Assembly: GCF_009834535.1 (NCBI RefSeq) | Contig: NC_045696.1 | Span: forward strand, 11,472,001 to 11,536,000 | DNA from: Camelus ferus | Taxonomy: Eukaryota | Reading direction: 5' to 3' | Length of the DNA stretch: 64,000 nucleotides | Shown here: piece by piece, positions 63,018 to 64,000 of the stretch | How the letters are laid out: every line of letters begins with the position of its first letter | How positions within the stretch are numbered: the first letter of the stretch is position 1 | Notes under the pieces: generated by a model | Database searches by the model: none | The model's input: only the letters and a program-made list of their open reading frames with translations | What the model was told of the DNA's origin: nothing | Made by a program: the position numbers and the translations under genes

Positions 63018-64000
63018 AAACATCCACTGGAGGGGGCCATTTTGGACAGAAACCCAGACTCCACTTGGCTTGCCAACCCGTGTGGCCTGGTGGCACCACA
63101 TACCACGGAGCTGCAGCCACTCAGGAGGCGCCCATTTCCAACTGGTCTACCAAAGGGGATGCCTTTTTCTAAACAGTCTGCCCAGGGCAACGTCTTTTTC
63201 TAAGAAGTCTACCTAGACACATATGCCTTTTCTAATTTACACAAAAGCCCATACAAGTGGCCAGCAACTCTGCATGAAGACGGCAATCAATAAATGCCTG
63301 AATGAAAAAACACACTATCATCTCCAAGGGCCAAGGAGAGATAAGGCTTTCTTTAAAAACTGTTCACAGCCGGGAAATGTCTAGCCATGAGCATTCTGAC
63401 ATCATAGTACACCTAGCCAACGGCTTCAGATTAAGGAATAAATCTTCTAAAAGGATATTATGGAAATGGGAAGGGTCTTCCATGAGTGTAGATGGAATGA
63501 TTTAGAACAGAGAGAAGTCATCAGCTGTCCTCTCTTTTCCATTCTCTTTCTTCCCTTCCCTTCCCCTCGGCCCTGGACGACCTTCCCTTGTGTAACAAAG
63601 AGATCTTAGACATGCTATCTTCAAAAGTTGGCGGTTAGTACTTTAAACTCCAAAATGAGCTCTAATTCAAGAAGCATTCCTGTCCCACAAGCAACAGGAA
63701 ACAATCAATATTCTATTCTCACATCACAGGACGACTGGCGGCCAAATGGAGCTGAAAAAAGTACAAGAATAAAGTTGCCTTTGAAGCGGGGGATAAGTTT
63801 GGGGGGCACTACAGGAACTGGAAACACATATTTTGGCAGTAATAATCCAAAAAAAAAAAATTCTTAACCCAATCCTGGACTCTAAAGAGATCTTAGAACA
63901 CACTGGAAATAACAGAAACTTCCAGCAACGGGCCAGTTAACAAATGTAGCCCCATATCCCCCAAACCACAAATGGAGAAGAAATCATAACCCCTAAAGAC

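Noticed and set aside
1..64000. HUNK as a pseudogene, or a new multi-gene system in the window
   Set aside because: All five exons have canonical splice sites and an intact frame; no other credible gene was found

Overview
Mammalian genomic DNA, most likely a camelid (inferred from six tRNA-Ala-derived Vic-1-type SINEs and no recognisable Alu, B1/B2, Bov-A or PRE-1). The whole window lies inside the HUNK gene (AMPK/SNF1-related Ser/Thr kinase) on the minus strand. Five internal coding exons (293, 56, 136, 128 and 136 nt; exons 2-6 by recalled human numbering) have GT-AG boundaries and splice into one open kinase-domain frame. Exon 1 lies beyond the right end and exon 7 onward beyond the left end. 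The rest is intronic, with SINEs, truncated L1s, many MaLR solo LTRs, one intact ERV-type solo LTR, MIR/L2 relics, hAT MITEs and simple repeats. I found no new multi-gene system. The most notable oddities are a (TTAGGG)4 tract, an orphan TSD-flanked poly(A) insert, a SINE with a triplicated 5' head, a twice-used insertion site, a sense-oriented LTR carrying AATAAA in intron 2, and an apparent Tyr-to-His change in the activation segment. Repeat subfamily names and human comparisons come from memory and need database confirmation.
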